Shown here: piece by piece, positions 9,686 through 20,015 of the stretch
Numbering within the stretch: position 1 is the stretch's first letter
Layout of the letters: each line of letters opens with the position of its first letter
Assembly (NCBI GenBank): GCA_047285805.1
Contig: JBJBCN010000002.1
Span: 736,001-800,000, forward strand
Length of the DNA stretch: 64,000 nucleotides
Reading direction: 5' to 3'
DNA from: Synechococcus sp.
GTDB taxonomy: Bacteria > Cyanobacteriota > Cyanobacteriia > PCC-6307 > Cyanobiaceae
Notes under the pieces: model-generated
Told to the model about the DNA's origin: nothing
Database searches by the model: none
Seen by the model: the letters and a program-made list of their open reading frames with translations, nothing else
Translations under genes and position numbers: made by a program

Positions 9686-9882
9686 CCTTGCAGCGTGTTG
9701 AGCTCTTCGTCTTGGCAGTGCTGCAGCCAGGCCTGCTGCAGATCGACACGGGTGATCCGATAGCCCAAGAGACGCGCCTGGAGCAGCAGCTCGTTGTCAT
9801 CGCTGCAGCGGCGTAGGAGTCGCCGCAGGTGCGGAAGCTCTTCGGCGTCCACGACCAAGCGCTCGAGTTCGTTCCAGCTCAT
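9682..9882 (-). CDS. Nif11-like leader peptide family protein
   Basis: MSWNELERLV...ELLLQARLLGYRITRVDL pattern of Nif11 domains. Confidence 0.75.
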   Translation of the reverse strand: MSWNELERLVVDAEELPHLRRLLRRCSDDNELLLQARLLGYRITRVDLQQAWLQHCQDEELNTLQG

Positions 9883-10125
9883 AACGCTTTACCGGGTTCC
9901 AAACCATCGCAAAGCCAAAGAAGAGAAGCCAGGGCTTGGCGACGAGTCTCGCGAGCCTCCTGAGGCTCAACCGCGTGACCTCTGTCGGTGGAGGACCTTT
10001 GCCAGCCAGGGCGGCCACGCCCCTGTTGGGGACATGAGACTGCCGCTCGTTTGCAACGAGCTGTGTCATGCCCTTTCCCTGGAAGCCACTGATCCTTTAA
10101 CAACGTCTCAAGCCGCCAGCGGGCG

Positions 10126-11601
10126 ATGGGCTTCTTCGTTCAACTCACTGAAGCCATCGCAGAGCGCAAGTCCCTGCTGATGACGGGACTGGACCCCAAC
10201 CCGGAGATGCTGCAGAGCTGGGCTCAGCGCCGCGGGATGGGCAACCGTTCGTTCCTGAGCCAGGCCCGCCATTGGATCAAGGCCGTCGTCGAGGAAACCA
10301 GTCCCCACGTCTGCGCCATCAAAGCAAGCCTTGGCTTCTATCAAGCCCTCGGCCCTCTGGGGCTGGAGCTGCTGCTGGAGGTGCGGGATTTGGTGCCTCG
10401 GGATCTCCCTCTAATCATTGATGCCAAGCACGGTGATCTGAATTCCTCCACGGCCCTGGCCCACTACCTGTTCAAGGACCTCTGTGTCGATGCGGTCACC
10501 CTCTCGCCGATGGCGGGGCAGGACATTGCCGCCCCATTCTTGCTCTATCGGGATAAGGCCGTGGTGATCACCTGCCGGAGCTCCAACCCGGCGGCGAAAC
10601 GCATCCAGTACCACCCAAACGCGAACGACCCGCTGTTTCTGCAGATCGTTCGCGAGAGTCAACTCTGGGGTACTCCGGATCAGGTCTTGCTCGAGGTAGG
10701 CACCAGCGACCCCAAGGTGCTCTCCCAGGTCAGGCAGGCTGCACCCGAGCGGGTCTTGATGCTCCGCTCGATTTGGAGCGAAGAAGAGCGGGTGGACGGG
10801 CTATTGGAAGCCGGCCTCAGCCATTCGGCAGACGGGCTCCTGATCCCAATGCCCCAGAACCTGCTGGTTGAAGACGATCTCGCCGAGCAAGCCTCCGCAT
10901 TGAAGGAACGCATCAACCGCAGAAGGACAAGCTGGATGGAGCAGCACCGCTCCGATCAAGCCGAGACCTGTGAGCTGTGGTTGGCCGATCAAACGGACAG
11001 CCCGAGCTCGGCGGATCCAATGGCATCCCTGATCGTTGAACTCTTCGACATCGGTTGCCTGCTTCTTGGCGAATACGTCCAAGCGTCGGGAGCCGTTTTC
11101 AATTACTACATCGACCTGCGGCAGATCATCTCGGATCCCAACCTCTTCCACAGGGTCCTGCATGGCTACGCCCAAAGCATGGAGGGGCTGGAGTTTGACC
11201 GGATCGCGGGCATTCCCTACGGAGCCCTACCGACGGCGACCGGTCTGGCCCTGCAACTGCACAAACCACTGATCTACCCCCGCAAGGAAGTCAAAGCCCA
11301 CGGGGCCCGTCGCCTAATCGAAGGCGACTTCCTGGAGGGTGACCGTGTCGTCGTCGTCGATGACATCTTGATCAGCGGCAGCAGCGTGCTCGAGGGAATC
11401 GCCAAGCTCGAGGGTTCTGGCTTAGAGGTCAACGACGTCGTCGTCTTCATCGATCACGGCGGCAACCGCGACCAAAGTGCGCGGGAGCGGCTCAAGGCCA
11501 AGGGCTACGACTTCCACGCCGTGATGGACATCGAACAGATCACAAAGGCACTGCTGGCTGCGGGACGACTCACGCCTGAGCAAGCCAAGGTGTTGGGATA
11601 G
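10126..11601 (+). CDS. pyrF-pyrE: Bifunctional OMP decarboxylase / orotate phosphoribosyltransferase
   Basis: GLDP and IIDAKHGD (OMPDC); YYIDLR, RKEVKAHG, VVVVDDILISG (PRTase). Confidence 0.92.
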   Translation: MGFFVQLTEAIAERKSLLMTGLDPNPEMLQSWAQRRGMGNRSFLSQARHWIKAVVEETSPHVCAIKASLGFYQALGPLGLELLLEVRDLVPRDLPLIIDAKHGDLNSSTALAHYLFKDLCVDAVTLSPMAGQDIAAPFLLYRDKAVVITCRSSNPAAKRIQYHPNANDPLFLQIVRESQLWGTPDQVLLEVGTSDPKVLSQVRQAAPERVLMLRSIWSEEERVDGLLEAGLSHSADGLLIPMPQNLLVEDDLAEQASALKERINRRRTSWMEQHRSDQAETCELWLADQTDSPSSADPMASLIVELFDIGCLLLGEYVQASGAVFNYYIDLRQIISDPNLFHRVLHGYAQSMEGLEFDRIAGIPYGALPTATGLALQLHKPLIYPRKEVKAHGARRLIEGDFLEGDRVVVVDDILISGSSVLEGIAKLEGSGLEVNDVVVFIDHGGNRDQSARERLKAKGYDFHAVMDIEQITKALLAAGRLTPEQAKVLG

Positions 11602-11609
11602 GTTCAGTC

Positions 11610-11942
11610 GTGACGACTTCGGTGGGCAAGCTCCTGAGCACGGCCCTTGGGCTCATCGCTCTCGGCGTCCTGATGGTGAGCTGCGCTCCAGCCAACAGAC
11701 CGAGCCGTCCCAATGGAGAGCCCTCACCGGCCGAAGCCAACGCGCTCAACGAGGAACGGCTGAAGAAGGCGCACCAACTTCAGGCCTTGAGCGCGGACGC
11801 TGAAGATCTGTTCAACCGCGGTGAAAACGACCTGGCCTGTAATCGCGTCCGCCAGGCTCAGGAGCTCCAGACGGAGCTCGGCATTGAGCCCACCGATCAA
11901 GGTCTCGAACAAGCCCAGGCCTGCATCAGCGACGCACCTTGA
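11610..11942 (+). CDS. Putative lipoprotein
   Basis: Hydrophobic signal ending LMVSC (lipobox-like). Confidence 0.65.
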   Translation: MTTSVGKLLSTALGLIALGVLMVSCAPANRPSRPNGEPSPAEANALNEERLKKAHQLQALSADAEDLFNRGENDLACNRVRQAQELQTELGIEPTDQGLEQAQACISDAP

Positions 11943-12943
11943 GCTCTCAGTCAACACCGATCGTCCTGGCCCAGGGCCTCAGCAAGACCTATCGGATAGC
12001 TGAAAAACAACCAGGGCTCAAGGGCACGTTACGGCATCTACTACACAGGCGCTACTGCGATCTGGAGGCGGTGAAAGGGATCCACTTCGCCATCGAAGAG
12101 GGGGAGATGGTCGGCTTCCTTGGGCCAAACGGCGCCGGGAAAACAACCACCTTGAAAATGCTGAGCGGGCTGATTCACCCGAGCGGCGGTGAGCTCTTGG
12201 TGGTCGGGGCCAAGCCCCAACGCCGTCAAGCAAGGTTCCTGCAGGACATCACCCTGGTGATGGGGAACAAGCAGCAGTTGATTTGGGACCTGCCGCCGTG
12301 GGACTCCATCCGTGTGAACGCCGCGGTCTACGGCATTCCCGAGGGAGTCATGAGGCGTCGGGTTAGCGAGCTAGCTGACCTCTTGGAACTCGGCGAAGAG
12401 CTGCATCGCCCGGTCCGCAAGCTTTCACTGGGCCAACGTATGAAAGCGGAACTGCTGACGTCCTTGCTGCACGAGCCGCGCGTGCTGTTTTTGGACGAGC
12501 CAACCCTGGGCCTCGATGTCACCGCCCAAGGACGGGTTCGCGATTTCCTCGCCGCCTACAACCGGCGCACAGGAGCGACGATCCTGCTTACTAGTCACTA
12601 CATGGCCGACATCACGACCCTCTGTGAACGCGTCCTGCTGATCCACGAGGGTGAACTGTTTCATGACGGTCCCCTTGGTGTGCTCACCAACCGATTGGCG
12701 CCCCACCGAAAGGTACGACTCGAACTCCAGCAGGCTCAGCCGCGGGAGGTCTTTGAGGCGTTCGGCAGCGTTGAATCCCTTCAGGAGCATCAGGTGCAAC
12801 TGCGGGTGCCCAGGGAGAAGCTAACCGAGACGGTCGCAGGGTTACTGGGGCACTTTGAGGTGTTGGATCTGGAGGTCAGCGACCCACCGATCGAGGACCT
12901 GATGCGGAGCCTCTTTCAGCAGGCGGGACAGAGCGAAGCGTGA
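11939..12943 (+). CDS. ABC-2 type exporter ATP-binding protein
   Basis: GPNGAGKT, LSLGQRM, FLDEPTLGLD, TSHYM. Confidence 0.92.
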   Translation: MSSQSTPIVLAQGLSKTYRIAEKQPGLKGTLRHLLHRRYCDLEAVKGIHFAIEEGEMVGFLGPNGAGKTTTLKMLSGLIHPSGGELLVVGAKPQRRQARFLQDITLVMGNKQQLIWDLPPWDSIRVNAAVYGIPEGVMRRRVSELADLLELGEELHRPVRKLSLGQRMKAELLTSLLHEPRVLFLDEPTLGLDVTAQGRVRDFLAAYNRRTGATILLTSHYMADITTLCERVLLIHEGELFHDGPLGVLTNRLAPHRKVRLELQQAQPREVFEAFGSVESLQEHQVQLRVPREKLTETVAGLLGHFEVLDLEVSDPPIEDLMRSLFQQAGQSEA

Positions 12944-13737
12944 CCTCGGCCCGTACTGCAATTCGGATCGCCAGAACCCTGCTGAGTACGCAGTACGCGT
13001 ACATGCTCGAATACCGCGCAGAAATTGCCCTTTGGGTCCTCTCCGGTGTCTTGCCCCTGATCATGCTTGGGGTCTGGCAAAACAGTGGGGCCGCCAGCCA
13101 GGCTGGATGGAGCCCTGGGCAACTGCGTCACTACTTTGTGGCGGCCTTTCTGGTGCGGCAATTCAGCGTGGTCTGGTTGATCCACGTCTTCGAAGAGGAC
13201 GTGGTCAGCGGCAAGCTGTCGCCGTTCCTGCTCCAACCGCTCCAACCCCTATGGCGTTACTTTGCGGCACACCTCGCTGAACAGGCCACCCGCATTCCTT
13301 TCGTCGCCCTGATGCTGCTGACGTTGGCCTGTGTGAACCCGGCTCTACTCTTGATTCCCAGTCTCCAGAACCTGGCCCTGGGGATTGCCGCGATTTGGGG
13401 CGCTTTTCTGCTCCGCTTTCTGCTGCAGACCCTCAGCAGCATGCTGTGTTTTTGGAGTGAGCGCGCCGCGGCGCTGGATCGACTCCTGGTGATCCCATAT
13501 GTGTTTCTCTCTGGTCTAGTGGCCCCGCTGGACACCTTCCCGCCGGCAATCAGAACCATCGCTCTGGCCACGCCATTTCCGGCCATGGTGGATTTCCCTG
13601 CCCGGCTCTTGGGGGGATTGCCCGTTAATCTAGGCGCTGGTTTCCTCAGCCTGATGGTCTGGTGTGGGCTGCTGAGCCCCCTCTGCTGGCTGAGCTGGCG
13701 ACGCGGAGTCCGGCGCTACGGCGCGATGGGGGCATGA
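12940..13737 (+). CDS. ABC-2 type permease
   Basis: Six hydrophobic segments, GKLSPFLLQP; coupled to the ATPase. Confidence 0.88.
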   Translation: MTSARTAIRIARTLLSTQYAYMLEYRAEIALWVLSGVLPLIMLGVWQNSGAASQAGWSPGQLRHYFVAAFLVRQFSVVWLIHVFEEDVVSGKLSPFLLQPLQPLWRYFAAHLAEQATRIPFVALMLLTLACVNPALLLIPSLQNLALGIAAIWGAFLLRFLLQTLSSMLCFWSERAAALDRLLVIPYVFLSGLVAPLDTFPPAIRTIALATPFPAMVDFPARLLGGLPVNLGAGFLSLMVWCGLLSPLCWLSWRRGVRRYGAMGA

Positions 13738-14528
13738 GGCTCTCTCGCACCCTCAGCACCGTGCTGCAGTTCTGGCGCAGCTCCCTCGAGTCGGAAAGCG
13801 AATATCAGCTCAACTTGGTGCTGGAGTGCTTGGCCGTCAGCGGAAATCTGGCGGGAAGTCTCTTTGTTCTCGCGTTGCTGTTTAGCGGGCAATCCAACCT
13901 TGGGGGATGGAGCTGGAATGAAGCCCTGATCGTCCTCGGGCTGTACACCCTCCTGGATGGGTTCACGAGCTGCCTGCTGCAGCCCAACCTCAGCAAGATC
14001 GTCAACCACGTCCAGCAGGGCACCCTGGATTTCGTGCTGCTGAAACCGTTGGACAGCCAGCTCTGGCTCTCCCTGCGCTGTTTTTCGCCCTGGGGGATCC
14101 CCGCCCTGCTGGCCGGCGTTGTTTTGGTGGGCTTGGGTCTACAGCGCACTGGTACGGCCATACAAGGGGATGCGTTGGCCTTGGGGGCCGTCCTGTTGTT
14201 CAGCGGCGCCGCGATCCTCTACAGCCTCTGGTTCTTGCTGGCGGCCCTCTCGATTTGGTTCGTGAAGGTCTGGAATGCAACGGAGGTGCTCCGCTACACC
14301 CTTGTGGCAGGGCGCTATCCGGTGAGCGCCTACCCGCCAGCCCTACGGCTGGTGTTCGTCTTTGTTCTGCCGGTGGCGTTCATGACCACCATTCCGTCCC
14401 AGGCACTGCTGGGTCAAGGCTCCTGGCCATGGGCCGCGGGCTCCTTGCTGATGGCAGCCGGGAGCCTGCTGGCGAGCCGCTGGTTCTGGCGCTTTGCCCT
14501 GCGGCACTACACATCGGCGAGCAGCTAG
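13734..14528 (+). CDS. ABC-2 type permease
   Basis: GTLDFVLLKP, GRYP motifs; ATGA overlap with the upstream permease. Confidence 0.88.
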   Translation: MRLSRTLSTVLQFWRSSLESESEYQLNLVLECLAVSGNLAGSLFVLALLFSGQSNLGGWSWNEALIVLGLYTLLDGFTSCLLQPNLSKIVNHVQQGTLDFVLLKPLDSQLWLSLRCFSPWGIPALLAGVVLVGLGLQRTGTAIQGDALALGAVLLFSGAAILYSLWFLLAALSIWFVKVWNATEVLRYTLVAGRYPVSAYPPALRLVFVFVLPVAFMTTIPSQALLGQGSWPWAAGSLLMAAGSLLASRWFWRFALRHYTSASS

Positions 14529-14592
14529 GTGCGCCACAACTTGCAACATCTACACAGGTTGGGTAGGCTTAAGCGTAGGGTCTAGGCGAAGA

Positions 14593-14841
14593 TTGGCCAG
14601 CGAACGCCACCAGGTCATCCTCAGCGAAAGCGCGGCGGACTGGGTGCGCGAGTTCTCCAAGGAGAAGCGGCACTCCATCTCCAAAGCGATCTCCATCCTT
14701 GTTGAGGAGGCGATTCAGCAACGCAGCATTCCAAGAATGGCAGCCGCAGCCGAGGGGGCATCTCAGGCCGATTTTTCCCTGTTTCTTCGCGAGAAGTTCT
14801 CCATGGACTTCGAGATCTGGCTGCGCTGCAAGCGCGGGTAG
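14593..14841 (+). CDS. Small ribbon-helix-helix-like protein
   Basis: RHQVILSESAADWVREFSKEKRHSISKAISILVEEAI fits a strand-helix-helix pattern; TTG start inferred. Confidence 0.5.
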   Translation: MASERHQVILSESAADWVREFSKEKRHSISKAISILVEEAIQQRSIPRMAAAAEGASQADFSLFLREKFSMDFEIWLRCKRG

Positions 14842-14864
14842 GACCTACACGGACATTCGATTCC

Positions 14865-15278
14865 ATGACTCCCTCCTTCTGCTCTGACGTCAGCCTGGAG
14901 ACCTGCATCCAGCTCAGGCTATGGCTTAATCAACGCTTCGGGCCAACCCACGGCCAGGACAGTCCCCCCAGTGATCGGCTCGGGATCCAGGCCGGCCGGC
15001 TGGTGGCTCACGACCTGGTCGCCACGACCGAACGAGACCAGGTGATGGTCGACGTCTTCGCAGCAATACATAGCTGTATCGACGACTGGCTGGAGACGTC
15101 TCCAGTGCCATGGTCCCAGCGCCGCCTGATCAAGCGTCGTGCTGTCCGAGCCGGAGTGATCCAGTGCTGGCGCAGCGCCGCTGAGCTCCGGCCCGATGAC
15201 CCCAGCTACCAGGACTTGATGGAGCGGACCTGCGAGGCTGTCATCGCGGCCGAGCTGGGTGAAGAGCCGGAGCGCTAG
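14865..15278 (+). CDS. Hypothetical protein
   Basis: 137 aa ORF, host-like codons, convergent overlap with the next gene. Confidence 0.6.
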   Translation: MTPSFCSDVSLETCIQLRLWLNQRFGPTHGQDSPPSDRLGIQAGRLVAHDLVATTERDQVMVDVFAAIHSCIDDWLETSPVPWSQRRLIKRRAVRAGVIQCWRSAAELRPDDPSYQDLMERTCEAVIAAELGEEPER

Positions 15279-15751
15279 CCCACAAAGCGCTTGTAGAGGA
15301 AGCGCACAAAGCCACCAATCAGGGGAACCGGAGCAAAGGTCGGACCGACGAAATCGAAATAATCACGGTGATCAACGATCAAGCCGTCACCATTCAGGAG
15401 CAGACGCGTCGCGCCGGGATAGACGAACTCGATGCCCTTGATCTTGAGCCCCATCGTCCATTCCACGAAGGCGGTTTGGCCGTTGATGACGACGGCATGG
15501 GGAGCCAGGTAGATGTCATCGCATCGCTTCACCAGACCGTCTTGGGCCTCGAGATAGGCCTGGAGACCATCGCGCGATTGGGTCGGATCCTCAAAATGAA
15601 CATGGGCTGCGTAGACCGCCTTCGACTGCTCATGGCTGGGGGCCGGTGCGCCGTAGGGCTTCGTGAAGAGGTCTCGCAGGGACTGCTCCGTTAATGGCAG
15701 CTGGAATCCGGAGGCGGAGGCAGTCACAACGCGAGTCTCAGGCCCAGTCAT
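15275..15751 (-). CDS. NTF2/SnoaL-like protein
   Basis: VHFEDP, AFVEWTM, IVDHRDYFD motifs. Confidence 0.85.
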   Translation of the reverse strand: MTGPETRVVTASASGFQLPLTEQSLRDLFTKPYGAPAPSHEQSKAVYAAHVHFEDPTQSRDGLQAYLEAQDGLVKRCDDIYLAPHAVVINGQTAFVEWTMGLKIKGIEFVYPGATRLLLNGDGLIVDHRDYFDFVGPTFAPVPLIGGFVRFLYKRFVG

Positions 15752-16662
15752 CCTGGCGTCCGGGGTGGTGCGCTGCGTGGGTTCAACTGCAGATACCGCT
15801 CAACGGGCATGGGTTGGAGTTGCTCATAGCCAACGGGAAGCCAAAGATCTGCCTGCTGGGCGTTGTAGTGAATTTCCCAGTGGTACAAACCGACGATCGC
15901 CTGGGGATCGTCCTTGAGCAGGGAGGCATAGAGCAGCACCGCCTCGCCATAGAGGTCACTGTTGTTGTACCCCCAGAGGCCCCGGCGAATGCTCTTGAGA
16001 CCGCCCCGGCGAACCAGATAGCGGGCCGCGGCTTGGATGGCGTCATGGGGATTGCGAATGTCGCCCTTGCCGATCCCCGCCTCAGCCCAGGTGGTCGGCA
16101 AAAACTGCATTGGGCCTTGGGCATTGGCTACCGAGACGCCATCAATGCGACCCATCCCGGTTTCAACCAGGTTCACCGCCGCCAACACCTCCCAGTCAAT
16201 GCCCGTGGACGCCTCCGCTTTGCGGTAGTGGGAGAGAAGCTGGGGAAGCGGTTCAGGCTGAACAATCCGCCAGGCAGGGACCCGCGAGGGGCGGCGCTTG
16301 CTCATGGCGAGAAAGGCCCGCCTCGCTGCTAGATGCCGCTCCGCGACGGAACGCCAACGGGAGGGGAGCTGTTGGATCACCGCTGCGCTGCGCTGCCGAT
16401 CAGAGGACAACACCCGATAGATCACCTGCTGCTGATGACCCAAATCCGGTAAGTCAGCCGCCGGTGTCTCGGGATCCCGCAACAACGTCTCCAGCTCAGT
16501 CAAGCGACGAGCGATGGCGCTCGCATCCGCAGGGACCACCGGATAACTGCGCGGCGCGGACTGCGCAAGCGGTGCAGTTAGGGGGGAGCAGGCCACGCCA
16601 CCAGCAGCGACGCTAAATCCAGCCAAGGCAACAGCAAGAACCAGGCCGGCAGATCGCATCAC
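15748..16662 (-). CDS. Lytic transglycosylase (SLT domain)
   Basis: LAAVNLVET, AQGPMQF, AAARYL, YNNS motifs. Confidence 0.88.
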   Translation of the reverse strand: MMRSAGLVLAVALAGFSVAAGGVACSPLTAPLAQSAPRSYPVVPADASAIARRLTELETLLRDPETPAADLPDLGHQQQVIYRVLSSDRQRSAAVIQQLPSRWRSVAERHLAARRAFLAMSKRRPSRVPAWRIVQPEPLPQLLSHYRKAEASTGIDWEVLAAVNLVETGMGRIDGVSVANAQGPMQFLPTTWAEAGIGKGDIRNPHDAIQAAARYLVRRGGLKSIRRGLWGYNNSDLYGEAVLLYASLLKDDPQAIVGLYHWEIHYNAQQADLWLPVGYEQLQPMPVERYLQLNPRSAPPRTPG

Positions 16663-16737
16663 GGATACAAGTCAGCTCCGCCCATCCATACAGCATTCGG
16701 ACTCAGGTTGCAGACTGCACGGATCGATCAACGAGCC

Positions 16738-17388
16738 ATGACAGTTCTCGTGCTGGAAGAGTCCCAGAGACGCAAGTGGGATGGTTCAGACGATGTCCTC
16801 TTCTATGCCGAACCGCGGCTGGTTCATCACCTCGATCAGGCCTTTCGGACACGACTGACCGGCCTGTACGCCGAGCGCGTCCCGAAGAATGCCGTCGTCC
16901 TCGATCTGATGTCCAGCTGGGTCTCCCACCTCCCAGAGGACAAGCCCCTCGAGCGCGTTATCGGCCACGGCCTTAACGAGAAAGAGCTCGCAACCAACCC
17001 CCGCCTCGATAGCTACTGGCTGCAGAATCTCAACCAAAACCAAGAGCTGCCGCTGCCGGACGCAAGCATTGACGTCACCTTAGTCGTGGCCGGCTGGCAG
17101 TACCTCCAATATCCCGAAGCCATCGCCAGCGAGCTCCTCCGGGTGACCCGACCCGGCGGCCAGGTGATAGTGGCGTTCTCCAACCGGATGTTCTTCACCA
17201 AGGCTCCGCTGATCTGGACGGACAGCAGCGACCAAGGCCACCTGGAATATGTCGCCAGTGTTCTTGAGGCCCAAGGCTGGTCGACAGCGGAGCGAATCGC
17301 TCACACGACTAAAGCATCTGGGGTGATGGGGCTACTCGGTCAAGCCGGCGACCCCTTCTTTGCCGTCATCAGCATGAAGCCGACCTAA
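16738..17388 (+). CDS. Class I SAM-dependent methyltransferase
   Basis: FYAEPRLVHH, LDLMSSWVSH, GHGLN, RPGG, FSNRMF. Confidence 0.88.
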   Translation: MTVLVLEESQRRKWDGSDDVLFYAEPRLVHHLDQAFRTRLTGLYAERVPKNAVVLDLMSSWVSHLPEDKPLERVIGHGLNEKELATNPRLDSYWLQNLNQNQELPLPDASIDVTLVVAGWQYLQYPEAIASELLRVTRPGGQVIVAFSNRMFFTKAPLIWTDSSDQGHLEYVASVLEAQGWSTAERIAHTTKASGVMGLLGQAGDPFFAVISMKPT

Positions 17389-17582
17389 GCGACCAGATCC
17401 CGGTCGCGGTCACCTCGAAGGGGCTGAGCGGCTCGCTTAGCAGCGGTGTACGCCAGTTCCAGAACGAGTCGCTTGGCCTTCAGGCGCAGGCGGTGCCTAT
17501 GGCTGATGAACGCCCGCAGCATCTGAAGTCCAACGACTCCATAGAGCGAAAGCAGCGCAGCGTTGGCAACGGCAGCAAGCAT
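17385..17582 (-). CDS. Small hypothetical membrane protein
   Basis: 65 aa with N-terminal hydrophobic helix then basic stretch. Confidence 0.45.
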   Translation of the reverse strand: MLAAVANAALLSLYGVVGLQMLRAFISHRHRLRLKAKRLVLELAYTAAKRAAQPLRGDRDRDLVA

Positions 17583-17730
17583 GCGGCAGTCCCAAAGTTG
17601 GGTCCATGAGAACCGCCCCCAGGCGTTCGAGCCAGCAATCCGCCAAAAACTTCCTGATTTGGCTCTGCAAAGTTGTTGCCCGGAGCACCCGGGCGTTCAC
17701 GTAGGTTAAAGGCCGGTACAGGGCCTTCAG

Positions 17731-17967
17731 ATGACAGCAAGTTCAGAAGGTCTCACCATCGGCGAACTCGAGTCCAAGTACTTCCTCTACCGCAAGGCAC
17801 TCAAACAGCTTTTGCTCGAGGGCCGCTCGGCGGCTGGGATTGAAAAGACACTCGTCTGGAGCCGTCTCGAAACCCTGCACAACTGTCTGCCCCGCCAGTA
17901 CAAGGCACCCGATCAGATTCGCTATCAGCTGCAGCGCGAAATCCAGCGCGAGCGCACCGCGAGCTGA
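17731..17967 (+). CDS. DUF3136 family protein
   Basis: LTIGELESKYFLYRKAL...WSRLETLHNCLP. Confidence 0.8.
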   Translation: MTASSEGLTIGELESKYFLYRKALKQLLLEGRSAAGIEKTLVWSRLETLHNCLPRQYKAPDQIRYQLQREIQRERTAS

Positions 17968-18053
17968 GCGCAACCTCTCCAACAGCTGACCCTGACAAGG
18001 GTCTAGGGGGAAGTTCCCGTGACAGATTTACCTCATAATTGCGTGTGAGGCAG

Positions 18054-19160
18054 ATGGATCGTGCCTCCTTGGCAGCAGCGGAAGCCTTTCATCCCCCGGG
18101 TGCGGTGCTGGGTGTCAGCCCCCTGGGGAGCGGCAATGTCAATGACACCTTCTTGGTGGAGACCCAAGCGGGGAAAGTCGTTCTCCAGCGGCTCAACACA
18201 GCTGTGTTCCCCTCCCCTGAGCAGGTGATGCGGAACCTCCAGACCGTAGAGGCCCATATTCAGCGCAAACAAGCCAGCCCCGGAGACAGTCGCTGGGAGC
18301 ACCCGCGTCTGGTTACCCCAGCGGATGGCAGGGAAGAGCCCTGGTACTGCTGCGCCGAGGGAGGGTTCTGGCGCTGCATGAGCTTCATCGAGAACGCCAC
18401 AAGCTTTGATCGGATCGCAGACGGAGAGCAGGCGTACCAACTCGGTCTGGGGCTAGGGCGCTTTCACCACCTAATCAGCGACCTTCCTCCATGGGAGCTC
18501 CACGACACACTCGAAGGGTTCCACATCACCCCGCACTACTTGGATCGATACCGGCAGGCCTTGGTCCGCACTGGAGTGCAGCCGTCCGAGGAGACCACAG
18601 CCTGCATTGCCTTCATTCGAGAGCGTGAGTCCTTCTGCTCAGTGCTCGAGCAAGCCAAGGCCTGCGGTGAATTGCAGGAACGTCCCATCCATGGCGACCC
18701 AAAAATCAACAACGTGATGCTCGACAGCGTCAGCGGCGAAGCCGTCGCTCTCATTGACCTGGACACGGTGAAGCCCGGGCTGGTGCACTACGACATCGGC
18801 GACTGCCTGCGCTCCTGCTGCAACCGGGAGGGTGAGGAGGCCGCTGATCTGCTGGGCGTGCAGTTTGATCTAGAGTTGGCCGAAGCGATCTTGAAAGGGT
18901 ATCTCGAAGCCGCCGCATCCATGCTGACCGCAACGGATCTGCGATTCATCCCCGAGTCAGCTCGTCTGATCAGTTTCGAGCTCGGTCTGCGCTTCTTCAC
19001 CGATCACCTCAACGGTGATCGCTATTTCAAGGTAACCGAAGCCGGCCAGAACCTCAGGCGCGCGCAAGTGCAATTTGCCCTGACCCAGAGCATTGAAGAG
19101 CAGTGGGAGCTTCTCCAAGCCCTGGTGCATGGCCTCACCACCAGCATGCAAGGCGCCTAA
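18054..19160 (+). CDS. Aminoglycoside phosphotransferase / choline-kinase-fold protein
   Basis: GSGNVNDT, HGDPKINN, IDLDT, YDIGD motifs. Confidence 0.88.
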   Translation: MDRASLAAAEAFHPPGAVLGVSPLGSGNVNDTFLVETQAGKVVLQRLNTAVFPSPEQVMRNLQTVEAHIQRKQASPGDSRWEHPRLVTPADGREEPWYCCAEGGFWRCMSFIENATSFDRIADGEQAYQLGLGLGRFHHLISDLPPWELHDTLEGFHITPHYLDRYRQALVRTGVQPSEETTACIAFIRERESFCSVLEQAKACGELQERPIHGDPKINNVMLDSVSGEAVALIDLDTVKPGLVHYDIGDCLRSCCNREGEEAADLLGVQFDLELAEAILKGYLEAAASMLTATDLRFIPESARLISFELGLRFFTDHLNGDRYFKVTEAGQNLRRAQVQFALTQSIEEQWELLQALVHGLTTSMQGA

Positions 19161-19162
19161 CG

Positions 19163-19723
19163 GTGCTCCGACTGCATCCCTTCCGTCAGGACTCAGGCCT
19201 CAAAGGGATTGTCCTGGAAGGCCATATCCGCTGGGTCGCCGATCAGCTCCTGCTCCAATTCAGGCTCCAGGGCCCCCAAAAGAAGCTGGTCTTCCCAAGC
19301 CAAACAGACGCACCCCAAAGGCTCGATGGTCTTTGGAACTCCACCTGTTTGGAGGCCTTTTTTGGAGTTCCTGGTAAACCCCACTACTGGGAGTTCAACC
19401 TCAGTCCGAGTGGCGATTGGAACCTCTATCGCTTGGATGATTACCGCCAGGGACTACTGCAGGAGGAGGGGATGGGGATCAGAGCGATCAGCCTTCAGAA
19501 GGAGGATTTGGGAAGCGCAGTCCAGCTAAAGGCAGACATCGCAATCGATCTTGGGGAGACCTTAAGGGCCCACCACAGTCTCGAAGGATCACTGACAGCG
19601 GTAATCGAACAGCAGGGCGTCGGTTGCAGTCATTGGGCCCTCAAACACTGCGGCGAAGAAGCCGATTTTCACCGCCGCGAAAGCTTCACCCTCGGCATTC
19701 ATAAAGAGCCTGAATCCGCGTAA
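19163..19723 (+). CDS. DOMON-like domain protein
   Basis: LWNSTCLEAF, YWEFNLSPSGDWN, HWAL, DFHRRESF; start uncertain. Confidence 0.8.
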   Translation: MLRLHPFRQDSGLKGIVLEGHIRWVADQLLLQFRLQGPQKKLVFPSQTDAPQRLDGLWNSTCLEAFFGVPGKPHYWEFNLSPSGDWNLYRLDDYRQGLLQEEGMGIRAISLQKEDLGSAVQLKADIAIDLGETLRAHHSLEGSLTAVIEQQGVGCSHWALKHCGEEADFHRRESFTLGIHKEPESA

Positions 19724-19807
19724 CAAATCCGAAGAAATACTCGCGCTTTCAAGGGACCAGGAGGATCTCTGTAGCCTGCGCTACAGAAACTCTGTGCAAC
19801 AGCCAAC

Positions 19808-19993
19808 TTGAACGTCACCCACTGCGGGGAAGAGCATCTGATCAGCTTGACGACGGATGAAGCGGCTCAGCTTGTGGATGCTTGCGCGTTGCTGCTGCTG
19901 GCCTCCAAGACAACCCCTGATTGCCAACTCAAGCCCGAGATGGCCCAGGTGTTGCAAACGGTCTTCGAGCATTTCAGCACCCACGTCGTCTAA
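19808..19993 (+). CDS. Small hypothetical protein
   Basis: 61 aa ORF, host-like codons. Confidence 0.6.
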   Translation: MNVTHCGEEHLISLTTDEAAQLVDACALLLLASKTTPDCQLKPEMAQVLQTVFEHFSTHVV

Positions 19994-20015
19994 CCAGCGC
20001 CGCTAGAACCAGCGG

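Noticed and set aside
9443..9882. Nif11-type RiPP (prochlorosin-like) biosynthetic cluster
   Set aside because: No double-glycine cleavage site, no Cys/Ser/Thr-rich core and no modifying enzyme nearby.
10126..11601. PyrF-PyrE fusion as a novelty
   Set aside because: Bifunctional enzymes of this kind are already known in cyanobacteria.
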